A stretch of DNA of 60,662 nucleotides from an uncultured Clostridia bacterium (GTDB lineage Bacteria; Bacillota; Clostridia; Christensenellales; UBA1242), in assembly GCA_944383245.1 (NCBI GenBank), contig CALWOU010000005.1, positions 1-60,662 of the forward strand, in the 5' to 3' direction. Shown one piece after another: positions 20,807-32,389 of the stretch (positions are counted from its first letter, which is position 1; every line of letters begins with the position of its first letter). Under the pieces are notes generated by a model. The model made no database searches, was not told where the DNA came from, and saw nothing but the letters and a program-made list of their open reading frames with translations. A program made the position numbers and the translations under genes.

Positions 20807-21586
20807 TTAGTTTAAACTATCAAAAATCTTTATAAAATTTTCCACACTGATTTGCTCTGGTCGCACTGTTAATGGATAAGAATTTTCATTCAATGCAGAA
20901 ATAATTTTTTCTTTATCGTAATTATTTTTTAGATTGTTTATTAAGGTTTTTCTTCGCATTGAAAAACACAAATGAATAAAAGATTTAAATTTCTCAAAAT
21001 CTGAAATTTTATATTTGTTGTGCGGAATCATTTTAACAAGTGCACTATCAACTTTCGGGCTTGGAGTGAAACATTCCTTTTTAACAATACGCGGAATGCT
21101 AACATGAAATATAGATTGCAAAATTACACTTGTTATGCCATACTCCTTTCCACCGCAGTTTGAGGCAAATCGCTCGGCAACTTCTTTTTGAACTAAAATT
21201 AAAATTGATTTAAATTTTTTAATGTGGTCAATTAGTTTGAACACGATTGGCGTTGTGATATAATAAGGAATGTTTGCAATAACTCGCGCTGACGATAAAT
21301 TTAAACTATCAATATCAGCCGCCATAAAATCTTGAAAATGAAATTCTATATTTTTATACTTATTTCTTAAACTTTCAAGGGTCAGGCGTAAACTTTCATC
21401 AATTTCAAAAGATATCACTTTGCTAGACATCTCAGCGAGCACCTCAGTTAACGTGCCCGCACCCGCACCAATTTCTAACACTACGTCTGATTTTTCAACG
21501 TCGCCAGCACGTGCAATCGCACGCAATAAATTTTTATCAAATATGAAATTTTGACCTAAATTTTTCTTAAAATTGAATTTTTCCAT
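20807..21586 (-). CDS. rsmA: 16S rRNA m6,2A1518/1519 dimethyltransferase
   Basis: KKNLGQNF, EIGAGAG, ANIPYYIT, QKEVAER, PKVDS, RRKTL motifs; start moved to ATG 21586 behind SD AGGAG. Confidence 0.96.
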   Translation of the reverse strand: MEKFNFKKNLGQNFIFDKNLLRAIARAGDVEKSDVVLEIGAGAGTLTEVLAEMSSKVISFEIDESLRLTLESLRNKYKNIEFHFQDFMAADIDSLNLSSARVIANIPYYITTPIVFKLIDHIKKFKSILILVQKEVAERFASNCGGKEYGITSVILQSIFHVSIPRIVKKECFTPSPKVDSALVKMIPHNKYKISDFEKFKSFIHLCFSMRRKTLINNLKNNYDKEKIISALNENSYPLTVRPEQISVENFIKIFDSLN

Positions 21587-21602
21587 ATTTTTTATTCTCC
21601 TA

Positions 21603-21631
21603 TTGACAATTTTTGTCGAATATGATAAAAT
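21603..21631 (+). promoter_or_regulatory. Near-consensus sigmaA promoter with a Spo0A box in the spacer
   Basis: TTGACA-N17-TAAAAT with TG extension; TGTCGAA (0A box) at 21614-21620. Confidence 0.75.
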
Positions 21632-21637
21632 TTTGTT

Positions 21638-21693
21638 GTACAAAAGAAACACAAAAGAAACTCTAATGATGAAACGGCATTATGCCGTTTTTT
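21638..21693 (+). ncRNA. Candidate small RNA (~55 nt) with tandem ACAAAAGAAAC repeat
   Basis: Lies between a near-consensus promoter and a terminator hairpin; exact 11-nt tandem repeat at 21640-21661; no SD-led ORF. Confidence 0.55.
21672..21693 (+). terminator. Intrinsic terminator of the candidate sRNA
   Basis: AAACGGCA-TTA-TGCCGTTT followed by a T tract. Confidence 0.75.
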
Positions 21694-22002
21694 ATTTTTT
21701 AGATAGTTTAAAATAAAAAATACAACTTTTTTATCTTTAACAATAAAATTATATCATAAAATCATCAATAAAGATAGCAAATTTATAAAAATTTAATTAT
21801 TGTTCTAGATTAAATTAATTTTAAAAAATTATTAAAAGTTCACTAAAAATGCAAAATTTTTATGAAATTTTCTTAATTTTTCGTCATTTTTTATAATTTT
21901 TTATTATTTTTATAAATTTTTTATATTTTTTTCTTTTAAATGACATATACAATTTTTTAATTTACCACAATAAAAAATTAAATAATCTTAATATATAAAT
22001 AG

Positions 22003-22031
22003 TTGACTTTAATATAGTTTTATGTTAGAAT
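22003..22031 (+). promoter_or_regulatory. SigmaA promoter of the valS leader
   Basis: TTGACT-N17-TAGAAT with TG extension. Confidence 0.8.
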
Positions 22032-22044
22032 AAAATTAGAGAAA

Positions 22045-22278
22045 CGTTATAAAAGTTTGAGGAGTAACTAACACTCGCCTTATAGAGAGAATTGCCTAAG
22101 GCTGTGAGCAATTTAGGATAGAATTAGTGAAGGTAGCAAACGAGTTCGGGCGAAGAAGAATAGTAGACCGCCCGCGTAGTTGAAAAGATACGTCAGTTTG
22201 AAATGAGGAGTGCTTTGCGCTTGAAGTAAGGTGGTACCACGAGAAAATTCGTCCTTGCATTTTGCAAGATTTTTTTAT
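22045..22278 (+). ncRNA. T-box riboswitch leader (Val specifier GUA)
   Basis: AGAGA box ~22084, GGCTG box ~22100, specifier GAAG-GTA-GC (GTA 22133-22135), T-box AAGGTGGTACCACG ~22228-22241, terminator CTTGCA-TTT-TGCAAG plus T tract; sits upstream of valS. Confidence 0.92.
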
Positions 22279-22293
22279 TTTTAAGGAGATTTT

Positions 22294-24921
22294 ATGTTAG
22301 ATAAATCGTATGAACCACAAAAAAATGAAAGTTTAATTTACAAAAAGTGGGAAGAAAATAAATGTTTTAAGCCACATTCTGATTTTGATAAAAATTTTGC
22401 TGGTGAAAATTACACTATCATTATGCCACCACCAAATATCACCGGGCAGTTGCATATCGGCCACGCGTTAAATAATACAACGCAAGATTTTTTAATTCGT
22501 TATAAACGTATGAAAGGTTATAACACTCTTTGGATTCCGGGAACTGATCACGCGTCTATTGCAACCGAAGTGAAAATAATTGAAGCACTGAAAAAAGAAG
22601 GTCTAACTAAAGAGATGTTAGGTCGTGAAAAATTTTTAGAGCGCGCTTGGCTTTGGAATGATAAATATGGCGGTAGAATAAAAACTCAACTTAAATCGCT
22701 TGGTTGCAGTCCCGATTGGGATAGGTGCGCGTTCACTATGGATGAACAGAGGCAAAAATCTGTTTTGCACGTCTTTAAAAAGTTGTATGATGAAGGTTAC
22801 ATTTATCGTGGCGAAAAACTTATAAATTGGTGCCCTACTTGCAAAACTGCTTTATCTGACGCAGAGGTTGAGCACGTGGATGAGGATTCGTCTTTGTGGT
22901 ATATTCGCTACCCTTATGAAGATAATTCAGGTTATTTAGTTGTTGCAACAACAAGACCAGAAACAATGTTTGGCGATGTTTGTGTGGCAGTGAATCCTGA
23001 GGACGAGAGGTATAAAGATAAAATAGGTAAAAACGTTATTCTTCCTATTAAAAATAAGAAAATTCCAATCATTGCAGATGATTATGTTGAAAAAGATTTT
23101 GGAACAGGCGTTGTTAAAATAACTCCAGCGCACGATTTTAACGACTATGAAGTTGGAAAAAGGCACAATTTTGAACCTATTAAAATAATGAACCTTGATG
23201 GCAGTATGAACGAAGAGTGCGGAAAATTCAACACATTAGACAGGTATGAGTGCAGAAAAAAGCTAGTTGAAGAATTAAAAAATCTCAATTTGATTGAAAA
23301 AATTGAACCTTATCGTTTGCCTAAGGCAACTTGTTATAGATGCCACAACGCGGTTGAACCTATGATGAGTAAGCAATGGTTTATGTCTATGCAAGAAATG
23401 GCAAATCTTGGGCTTGATGCGTTAAATAATGGTGAACTTGAAATTGTTCCAAACAGAGTTGAAAAAATCTACACTCATTGGCTTGAAAATATTAAAGATT
23501 GGTGTATTTCAAGGCAATTGTGGTGGGGGCATAGAATTCCTGCGTATTATTGTAAAGACTGCGGAAATATGATGGTTGAACTAACAAAACCTAGCAAGTG
23601 CAGTAAGTGTGCAAGCACCAATATTGAGCAAGACTCAGACGTTTTGGACACTTGGTTTAGTTCCGCCCTTTGGCCATTCTCAACTCTTGGCTACCCTGAC
23701 GACACAGACGATTTAAAGAAATTTTTCCCAACAAGCACACTTGTTACTGCGCAAGATATTATTTTCTTCTGGGTGGCGCGAATGGTTATGCTTTCTAAAA
23801 AAATTATGGGAAAAACTCCGTTTAGCAAAGTGTTAATCAACGGAATTGTGCGTGACGACGAAGGCAAGAAAATGAGCAAATCTTCAAATAATGGTGTTGA
23901 CCCAATTGAAATTATAGAAAAGTATGGCGCGGACTCACTTAGACTTTCACTCCTATTTGGAAACGGAACAGGAAACGATTTTAGGTTTAGCGAAGAAAAG
24001 ATTTTGGAAGATAGAAAATTTATAAATAAAGTTTTCAATTCGGGGAAATTTTTAGAGCTTGTGTTAAGCCAAACTTACGAAACGAAATTAGATGATACTA
24101 AATTAAACATTTTCGATAAATGGATTTACACAAAGCTAGACGAAACGATTGATGAAATAAATAAGTTGGTTGACAATTTAGATATTTGCCAAGCAGTTAA
24201 TAAAATGTATTCATTCGTGTGGGATGATTTCTGCAATTACTATCTTGAATTTACAAAACCATATGTTTATAGTGACAATCAAGAAACTCGTGCAAACGCG
24301 TGTGCAATTTTAAAAGATGTTTACCTAAACATTTTAAAACTACTCCACCCTATCATTCCTTTTATAACTGAAAATATTTATTCAAATTTTACAAACGAAA
24401 TGCTAATAAGTCAATCTTACGCAAAATCAATTGGAACGTTTGAAACAGAAAGTCAAAGAGTTGAAAAAATAATTTCACTAATTCAAAAAATTAGAGAAAC
24501 AAGGCTTAGTTACAACGTTGCTCCGTCAAAGAAAATTACCCTTGTTGCTAACAAAAATAACATTTCAGATAAGTCATTAAAAACTGTAGAAGAAGCAAAA
24601 TTAGTGTTATCTAAAATGACAAATATTGAACGCGTTGATATGGTTGAAAATATCAATTCAGATTGTATCAAATTTGTGACCGAATTAGGCGAATTTTATT
24701 TCTACAAAAATGAAGTGGTGGATACTGAAAAAGAACGCGAAAAAATCAATAAAGATATTGAAAAAATTGTTGCTGAAATTAAACTTCTTGAAACGCGAAT
24801 TTTAAATCCAAATTTTGTTTCAAGAGCGCCAAAAGAATTGGTTGAAAAAGATAAGTCAAGATATGAATTTTTATTAACGAGCAAAAACTCACTTGAAGAA
24901 AAACTAAAAGAATTAAACTAA
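22294..24921 (+). CDS. valS: Valine--tRNA ligase
   Basis: PPPNITGQLHIGHA (HIGH), DWCISRQLWWGHRIP, DVLDTWFSS, KMSKS, C-terminal coiled-coil arm; Val T-box upstream. Confidence 0.98.
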   Translation: MLDKSYEPQKNESLIYKKWEENKCFKPHSDFDKNFAGENYTIIMPPPNITGQLHIGHALNNTTQDFLIRYKRMKGYNTLWIPGTDHASIATEVKIIEALKKEGLTKEMLGREKFLERAWLWNDKYGGRIKTQLKSLGCSPDWDRCAFTMDEQRQKSVLHVFKKLYDEGYIYRGEKLINWCPTCKTALSDAEVEHVDEDSSLWYIRYPYEDNSGYLVVATTRPETMFGDVCVAVNPEDERYKDKIGKNVILPIKNKKIPIIADDYVEKDFGTGVVKITPAHDFNDYEVGKRHNFEPIKIMNLDGSMNEECGKFNTLDRYECRKKLVEELKNLNLIEKIEPYRLPKATCYRCHNAVEPMMSKQWFMSMQEMANLGLDALNNGELEIVPNRVEKIYTHWLENIKDWCISRQLWWGHRIPAYYCKDCGNMMVELTKPSKCSKCASTNIEQDSDVLDTWFSSALWPFSTLGYPDDTDDLKKFFPTSTLVTAQDIIFFWVARMVMLSKKIMGKTPFSKVLINGIVRDDEGKKMSKSSNNGVDPIEIIEKYGADSLRLSLLFGNGTGNDFRFSEEKILEDRKFINKVFNSGKFLELVLSQTYETKLDDTKLNIFDKWIYTKLDETIDEINKLVDNLDICQAVNKMYSFVWDDFCNYYLEFTKPYVYSDNQETRANACAILKDVYLNILKLLHPIIPFITENIYSNFTNEMLISQSYAKSIGTFETESQRVEKIISLIQKIRETRLSYNVAPSKKITLVANKNNISDKSLKTVEEAKLVLSKMTNIERVDMVENINSDCIKFVTELGEFYFYKNEVVDTEKEREKINKDIEKIVAEIKLLETRILNPNFVSRAPKELVEKDKSRYEFLLTSKNSLEEKLKELN

Positions 24922-24931
24922 TATATTATAC

Positions 24932-24963
24932 AAAAAAACGAACTTTATTTTGTTCGTTTTTTA
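24932..24963 (+). terminator. valS terminator
   Basis: AAAAAAACGAAC...GTTCGTTTTTT. Confidence 0.75.
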
Positions 24964-25294
24964 TATTTTCTTTTTTGCATTTTAACAATCAAAATTTAAT
25001 AATAAAATTTATCTAATGAATTTATTTGAAGATTTAATATGATTTGATTAATAAAAATAATTTGAAAATTGAATTAAATTTAAGTTAAATAAGAAAACAC
25101 AAAATATATAAAAATTCATAAAAATTTTTATTTTTTATTAAAAAATCATTAAAAATTGCGATTTTTATGTTAAATTTTAGCGATTTTTAAAAATTTTTTT
25201 AATTTTTATAAATTTTATTTAATACTTTATTTTTTATTGTCCTACCGTTCTTATGCTTTTTAATAAATATTTTTTATTCTATTTTAATAAAAAT

Positions 25295-27173
<1,879 letters not shown>

Positions 27174-27195
27174 AATCCTCCTATTTTACATACAG

Positions 27196-27224
27196 ATTAT
27201 ATGACAAAAATTTGAAATTTTAAC
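27196..27224 (-). promoter_or_regulatory. SigmaE-like promoter of groES-groEL; no CIRCE
   Basis: GTTAAAA-N15-ATATAAT (CATATAAT), nearly the same as the murA promoter; no TTAGCACTC-N9-GAGTGCTAA in the 100-bp spacer. Confidence 0.5.
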
Positions 27225-27240
27225 CTCGACCTGCCATTTT

Positions 27241-27269
27241 TCATAAATTATCAAATATTTAAATAAAAT
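27241..27269 (+). promoter_or_regulatory. SigmaE-like promoter, leaderless geometry
   Basis: TCATAAA-N15-ATAAAAT, then 4 nt and the ATG at 27274. Confidence 0.5.
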
Positions 27270-27273
27270 AGGT

Positions 27274-28098
27274 ATGAAAAAAAATAGATATGAAAGTTAT
27301 TCAAAATATTCGTTTGATAGAAAAAATATTAATAAATCATACAGCGATAGCGAAAATGTGAATAGTTTAGCATTGAATTATTCATATAATTCTTCGTATT
27401 ACGTAAATAAAAATAAAAAACAAGTTAGCATTACAATTTTAATTTTTTTAATCATAATTCTGCTTGCTGTTGCTGTGTTTTTAATAGAGAAAAAAGAAAA
27501 GAAAACATATTTTTATTTTCTGCAAGCAAATGAATTTTTAAATTACAAAGATGCGAGCAATCTCGCTAATGAATTACAATCAAAGCAGGGCGCAGGATAT
27601 ATTTATTATGACGGAAGTTATCACGTGATAATTAGTTTTTATGCCACAATTGAGGAAGCAGAAAGTGTTTTAGAAAATATAAAAAATGAGTATACTAATG
27701 CAAAAATTTTTGATATTTCAGCCCAACAATTTATGGAAAATTCACGTTACACAAATGAAGAAAATGAGCAAATAAAAAATATGATTTTAACGAATGAAAA
27801 CTTAATAAATCAAACGTACAATCAAATTTTATCGTATGATAAAGATGAAATTTCTAAAGATATTTTAGAAGTAAATATGAAAAATATTTCGGATGAATAT
27901 GCTAAAAGTTTTGAAAATTTTAAAAAAATTTTAAAAAATAACAAAAATTACGCAATTTTTTTAAAAAAATTGACAAAAATCGATGAAAATTTTAAAAATT
28001 TATATAATTATGCGAAAAATGGTTTTGAAGATTATCAATTAAAATATGAGTTAGTAAATATAGTTTCTTGTCACGCAATGTTTTTATCTAGTTTATAA
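27274..28098 (+). CDS. Membrane-anchored protein with SPOR-like domain (probably sporulation-related)
   Basis: Single TM near aa 50-70, then a SPOR-like pattern (FLQANEF...A...ANELQSKQGAGYIY...YHVIISFYAT.EEA) and a helical C-terminus. Confidence 0.6.
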   Translation: MKKNRYESYSKYSFDRKNINKSYSDSENVNSLALNYSYNSSYYVNKNKKQVSITILIFLIIILLAVAVFLIEKKEKKTYFYFLQANEFLNYKDASNLANELQSKQGAGYIYYDGSYHVIISFYATIEEAESVLENIKNEYTNAKIFDISAQQFMENSRYTNEENEQIKNMILTNENLINQTYNQILSYDKDEISKDILEVNMKNISDEYAKSFENFKKILKNNKNYAIFLKKLTKIDENFKNLYNYAKNGFEDYQLKYELVNIVSCHAMFLSSL

Positions 28099-28247
28099 TT
28101 TTCCGCTAAAAACTTTAGTGTTAGAATTAAAAACACATATAAATTTTTTATAAAATTTTCATAATTTGCATTCGTTTATTTATACTTTTTTATAATTTTC
28201 GTTTGTCTATCTACATATATAATTGAAAATTAAAAACGGCAAAAATG

Positions 28248-28667
28248 TTACTTTTTAATATTGCTATTGTTTTCATTATTATTTAACTTTTCTTCTTTTT
28301 CCTTTTTATGATTTTTAATCATCACCACCAACTGCCAAATAGCAAGTCCAATTAAAAAGAGAGCAAATAACTTTTTTAGTACTCCACTTGAAATATGGTT
28401 TGCAACAAGTGCACCAACTAAACTAAAAATGCTTCCAACAAGCGCAAGTAACCAGGTTTGTTTAAATGCCACTAAATGATTTTTTGCGTGTATTATAAGT
28501 GCCACCACACTCATTGGTAAAAATGCGATTAAATTTATTCCTTGCGCTTGAAGTTGTTCGTACGATAGAAAAATAGTAAGGATTGGTATTGTGAGTGTTC
28601 CACCTCCCATTCCCATTCCACCAACTATTCCTCCGATAACTCCTGCTAAAACTTCTAAAAATATCAT
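28248..28667 (-). CDS. TauE/SafE (TSUP) family half-size membrane protein
   Basis: GGIVGGMGMGGGTLTIPIL, QAQGINL motifs; 4 TM helices. Confidence 0.85.
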   Translation of the reverse strand: MIFLEVLAGVIGGIVGGMGMGGGTLTIPILTIFLSYEQLQAQGINLIAFLPMSVVALIIHAKNHLVAFKQTWLLALVGSIFSLVGALVANHISSGVLKKLFALFLIGLAIWQLVVMIKNHKKEKEEKLNNNENNSNIKK

Positions 28668-28671
28668 ATTC

Positions 28672-29034
28672 TCACCAAATTAACATTCCTATTCCGCCTA
28701 AAAACATAAAGAAAATAAATATACCTTTTACGACCTTATTGTTTAGTTTATTTAGTAATGTAGCGCCGACAACTCCGCCTAAAATAATCCCTACGATTAC
28801 CGGCCAACCTGACTTAAAGTCTATTGAGTTGTAGCACATATATACTATCGTGCTAACCAAACTAATTGGTAGTATCACAAATAGTGCGGTTGCTTGTGCC
28901 TTTTTTTGCTCCATACCAAACAATTTGTTTAGCAGTGGCACAACAACCATTCCTCCTCCGCCACCAAAAAAGCCGTTTATTATACCGATCAGCGCCCCGA
29001 ATAAGACAATGTGCAACTTTTTCACTTTTTTCAT
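28672..29034 (-). CDS. TauE/SafE (TSUP) family half-size membrane protein
   Basis: GIINGFFGGGGGMVVVPLL, KAQATAL motifs; no SD; AATAAT lies 6 nt before the ATG. Confidence 0.85.
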   Translation of the reverse strand: MKKVKKLHIVLFGALIGIINGFFGGGGGMVVVPLLNKLFGMEQKKAQATALFVILPISLVSTIVYMCYNSIDFKSGWPVIVGIILGGVVGATLLNKLNNKVVKGIFIFFMFLGGIGMLIW

Positions 29035-29066
29035 AAAGATATTATTGGTTAGATTGCAAAATTTAT

Positions 29067-29095
29067 TTGCTTTTTTTTTAAGTTTATATTATAAT
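29067..29095 (+). promoter_or_regulatory. SigmaA-like promoter of the 1045-aa gene
   Basis: TTGCTT-N17-TATAAT. Confidence 0.6.
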
Positions 29096-29138
29096 TATTT
29101 AGTTTTATAACAATAATCATTTAATTGGAGTACTTATA

Positions 29139-32100
29139 ATGAAAACAAAGAAAACAAGATTTATTAAAAACGCAGTTAGTTACATTCTATCAATCGCTCT
29201 ATTTGTTTTGGCAAACTTCGGTTTGATAAGCATTTTGGCGCCAGAAATGATAAGTTATGGAGCAAATGGCGGTTCGCCAAATGAAATAACTATTGAAAAT
29301 TCAAATTTTTCATCTGACACTAGCAATACTTACCCTTTCTCACCTACAGGTTGGGTTGCCTCATCAGATGAGTATACTTCTAGTGTTGACGCGGGTGTTA
29401 TCAACCTAGAAGCGGACGATTATAAGGATATTTATTCAAAAAATCCTAATTCGGACGATAATTATGTGTTGATGATTAATAGCGAAAACGTTGGCAGTGA
29501 TTTTAGTTACACAACTAAAAAGGCAGTTGATTTAGGAAAATCAACCAATTATGAGTTTACTATTGATGTTTACACTGATAACAACAACGGAATTGTTAAC
29601 TTATATTTAATGCAAGAGGACACAGTTTTTGCTTCGCTTATAAATGTATCGTCACAAAACAGTTGGTCGACTTTCCACTTCTTTGTTTCAACTAACGATG
29701 TGGATGACTTAAGTTTAAATTTAAAATTGAACGCAAAAAATGCGGGTGTTGCACTGTTTGACAACGTTTCGTGCAATGAGTTAAATGATAGTGAATTAGA
29801 AACTCGTATGAGAAATTTAACCTCATCACAATATCAGTACATTGACGAATCAAACAAATATCAAGTTACAACAATTGACCTATCTCAAAATGGAATGTTT
29901 GCAAACTTTTCATCAGGGGACGGATTGATTGCTGACGGATTGGAAGTTAATGACACATCGTTTGACGGAAGCACAAATTCAGCATTTAAAGTGCAAATTT
30001 CAAATAACACTCCTAGTTACGCAAAATACGAAACGGCGGACGATTTTATTACAATTGAGCAAAACAAAATTTATAAAATCAGTTTAATGGTTAAAACCAC
30101 TAACCTATCTGGCAATGCAAATTTACAACTTGTTGAAACTAATTTGGAGGACGATGCTGAAGGTAATGACACTGAGGTTATATCTATAACAAGCAACACA
30201 ACTTCTACCCTTTACAACAATTATCAAGTTTATTCGTTCTACATTTTCGGTTATGTTAATAAGGACACAACTTACAAGTTGGTGGTTGGTCTTGGTGACG
30301 CAGATGACGAAACTATGACGTCTGGCGAATTGTATCTAACAACCGCTAAGATTTCAAATGTAACTTACACTATTTTTAATGATGTTTCAAAAGGTTCAAC
30401 TGAAGAAAAATTAAATTTAAATGAACTATCAACTTCGGACACTTCAATCTATTTAACAAATGGTCAGTTCTATCAATTTGAAACAACAGATATTGAAAAC
30501 CCATACCCTGCCACTCCTTCCTCTTGGTCGGTGACTGCTGGCGAAGGCGAACAAAAATATGGTGTGGTTAACACATCTAATGATGAATGGGCATTATTTA
30601 GTTCTAATAATCAATTATCCAATCTTTCTAATCCAAATTCAAACAATGAAAACAATAATGTGTTAATGATGTATAATGCTAGCCGTGACACACTATCTTA
30701 CACTAGCACTAGCGCTGGCAAATTATCTGCAAAAACCTATCATAGATTTAGCATAGATGTGCAAACACAAAATTCTCCTGTTACAATTTCACTTATCACA
30801 ACTAACAATAGCACTGAAGTTACACTTTCTTCTATCACTGTAAACAAAAATTATAATTGGCAAACTGTTGAACTTTATTTATACACAGGTTTCTCAGAAC
30901 TTGAAGTTTCTCTAAAAATCACACTTGATAGTGATGCTTGGGCTTACTGTTATGTTGATAATGCAACGTTTGATTACTATGGCGAGCCAACAAGTGATAT
31001 GTTTAATAGTCTAGTAAATACAAACACAAGAGTTGTGACTGATTTAACTGATTTGTTATCTACTAATTCAACATCAAATTGGGCAAACGCAAATTTCGTT
31101 ACAACCTCTAATGAAGGCAACATTAAATATGGTATTACAAATTTAAATAATGCTAATTTAAGGCAAGAAGTTATTCAAGATGAAAATGATTATATCAATT
31201 TCATTTCACTTGATAGCGAAAATAAAAATGTTTATGGTATTAGAACATATGAAGATACAAACTTCACAGCAACCACTCTTCTTGGCTACAAATTGACGGG
31301 CGGAAATTATTATAGATTAACTGTTTCAGTGTTTACAAAAAATCTTCAAATTTTAAATGAAGAAAATATGCCTGAGGCTGATGAAAATGGAAACATTCAT
31401 TTTGGAGCGGGTCTATCACTTACGGGATTTGATAACAGTTTCACAAATATAGTTTCGGACGGACGTTGGACAACTTACACCTTCTATATTAATCCTACAG
31501 ATGACACAACAACCTATCTTCAATTCTCTCTTGGAAGTTCTAGTGCGTTAGTTACAGGCGACGTGTTCTTCGGCGGAATTATATTTGAAGATGAAGGGAT
31601 TGACACACTTTTCGATTCTGTTATTGAAGACGGTCGCACATTAAAACTTCAAACAACAACTGAAACAACTGACGATACGGAAGAGGAAACAACTGACGAT
31701 GAAAATAATGGTGGCGTAAATTGGTTATATGTTTTACCAAGTTTAGTGTTCGCGTTAGCAATTATTATCGCAGTGGTTGGAATACTTGCTCGCAAAGTTA
31801 AATGGAAAAAACCAACTAAAAAATCTAAAACTGAGTATGATAGAAATCGCACAGTTTCAAAACAAATTTATGAAAGAAAAGCAACTACTATTCGTGAAGA
31901 AAAATTAAGCGAATTAAACAAAGAGTTAAAAACTTTAACCGACGAGCGCACTCAATATGAAGAAAATTATAAGCGCGATATTAATAAACTAAGAGATATG
32001 AAAATTAAACGTGCTAGCCAATCTGAAATTAACAAACTTAATAAAGAAATGAAGAAAGATCAAAAACTTGCTTCAAATCTAGGACTTACAATATCTAAAA

Positions 32101-32276
32101 TTGAATCAGAAATTGAGTATGTTAAATCAGATGTTTATTATAAAACTCTTATTAAAAAACTTGAGCGCGAATCATTGAATTCTAAAACTGACGCGGAAGA
32201 AAATTCAAAAGAAAATGAATTAAATTCTGATAAAACAAAAGGCACTAAAAAGAACACTGATAAAAGCAAAAAATAA
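29139..32276 (+). CDS. Type I membrane protein: repeated CBM-like jelly-roll ectodomain, TM helix, long basic cytoplasmic coiled coil
   Basis: Signal/TM at the N-terminus; internal repeats (ENSNF...YPFSPTGW vs TNGQF...YPATPSSW; NPNS..N.VLM); acidic linker; TM VNWLYVLPSLVFALAIIIAVVGILA; ~160-aa K/E-rich tail. Confidence 0.75.
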   Translation: MKTKKTRFIKNAVSYILSIALFVLANFGLISILAPEMISYGANGGSPNEITIENSNFSSDTSNTYPFSPTGWVASSDEYTSSVDAGVINLEADDYKDIYSKNPNSDDNYVLMINSENVGSDFSYTTKKAVDLGKSTNYEFTIDVYTDNNNGIVNLYLMQEDTVFASLINVSSQNSWSTFHFFVSTNDVDDLSLNLKLNAKNAGVALFDNVSCNELNDSELETRMRNLTSSQYQYIDESNKYQVTTIDLSQNGMFANFSSGDGLIADGLEVNDTSFDGSTNSAFKVQISNNTPSYAKYETADDFITIEQNKIYKISLMVKTTNLSGNANLQLVETNLEDDAEGNDTEVISITSNTTSTLYNNYQVYSFYIFGYVNKDTTYKLVVGLGDADDETMTSGELYLTTAKISNVTYTIFNDVSKGSTEEKLNLNELSTSDTSIYLTNGQFYQFETTDIENPYPATPSSWSVTAGEGEQKYGVVNTSNDEWALFSSNNQLSNLSNPNSNNENNNVLMMYNASRDTLSYTSTSAGKLSAKTYHRFSIDVQTQNSPVTISLITTNNSTEVTLSSITVNKNYNWQTVELYLYTGFSELEVSLKITLDSDAWAYCYVDNATFDYYGEPTSDMFNSLVNTNTRVVTDLTDLLSTNSTSNWANANFVTTSNEGNIKYGITNLNNANLRQEVIQDENDYINFISLDSENKNVYGIRTYEDTNFTATTLLGYKLTGGNYYRLTVSVFTKNLQILNEENMPEADENGNIHFGAGLSLTGFDNSFTNIVSDGRWTTYTFYINPTDDTTTYLQFSLGSSSALVTGDVFFGGIIFEDEGIDTLFDSVIEDGRTLKLQTTTETTDDTEEETTDDENNGGVNWLYVLPSLVFALAIIIAVVGILARKVKWKKPTKKSKTEYDRNRTVSKQIYERKATTIREEKLSELNKELKTLTDERTQYEENYKRDINKLRDMKIKRASQSEINKLNKEMKKDQKLASNLGLTISKIESEIEYVKSDVYYKTLIKKLERESLNSKTDAEENSKENELNSDKTKGTKKNTDKSKK

Positions 32277-32284
32277 CATTAAAG

Positions 32285-32340
32285 AAAGTGACTAAAATGA
32301 AATGAAAATATAAATCGTTTCAATATAGTCACTTTTTTAT
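32285..32340 (+). terminator. Terminator between the 1045-aa gene and the LysM gene
   Basis: AAAGTGACTA...TAGTCACTTTTTT. Confidence 0.65.
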
Positions 32341-32389
32341 TTCTATATATTGTGTATTTTATAAAATAAATACCTAATATTTTGCGAAG

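Noticed and set aside
21587-21652. N-terminal extensions in the ORF track for rsmA (also pepF, groEL, XRE, HicB-like and the 36786 ORF)
   Set aside because: Downstream ATGs have SD sequences and match family starts; some extensions overlap promoters.
21666-21716. 16-codon ORF MMKRHYAVFYFLDSLK in the candidate sRNA
   Set aside because: No SD, and it runs through the terminator hairpin.
28248-29034. Two half-size TauE genes as a split pseudogene
   Set aside because: Both have intact starts, stops and Gly-rich motifs; half-size pairs are common in Clostridia.
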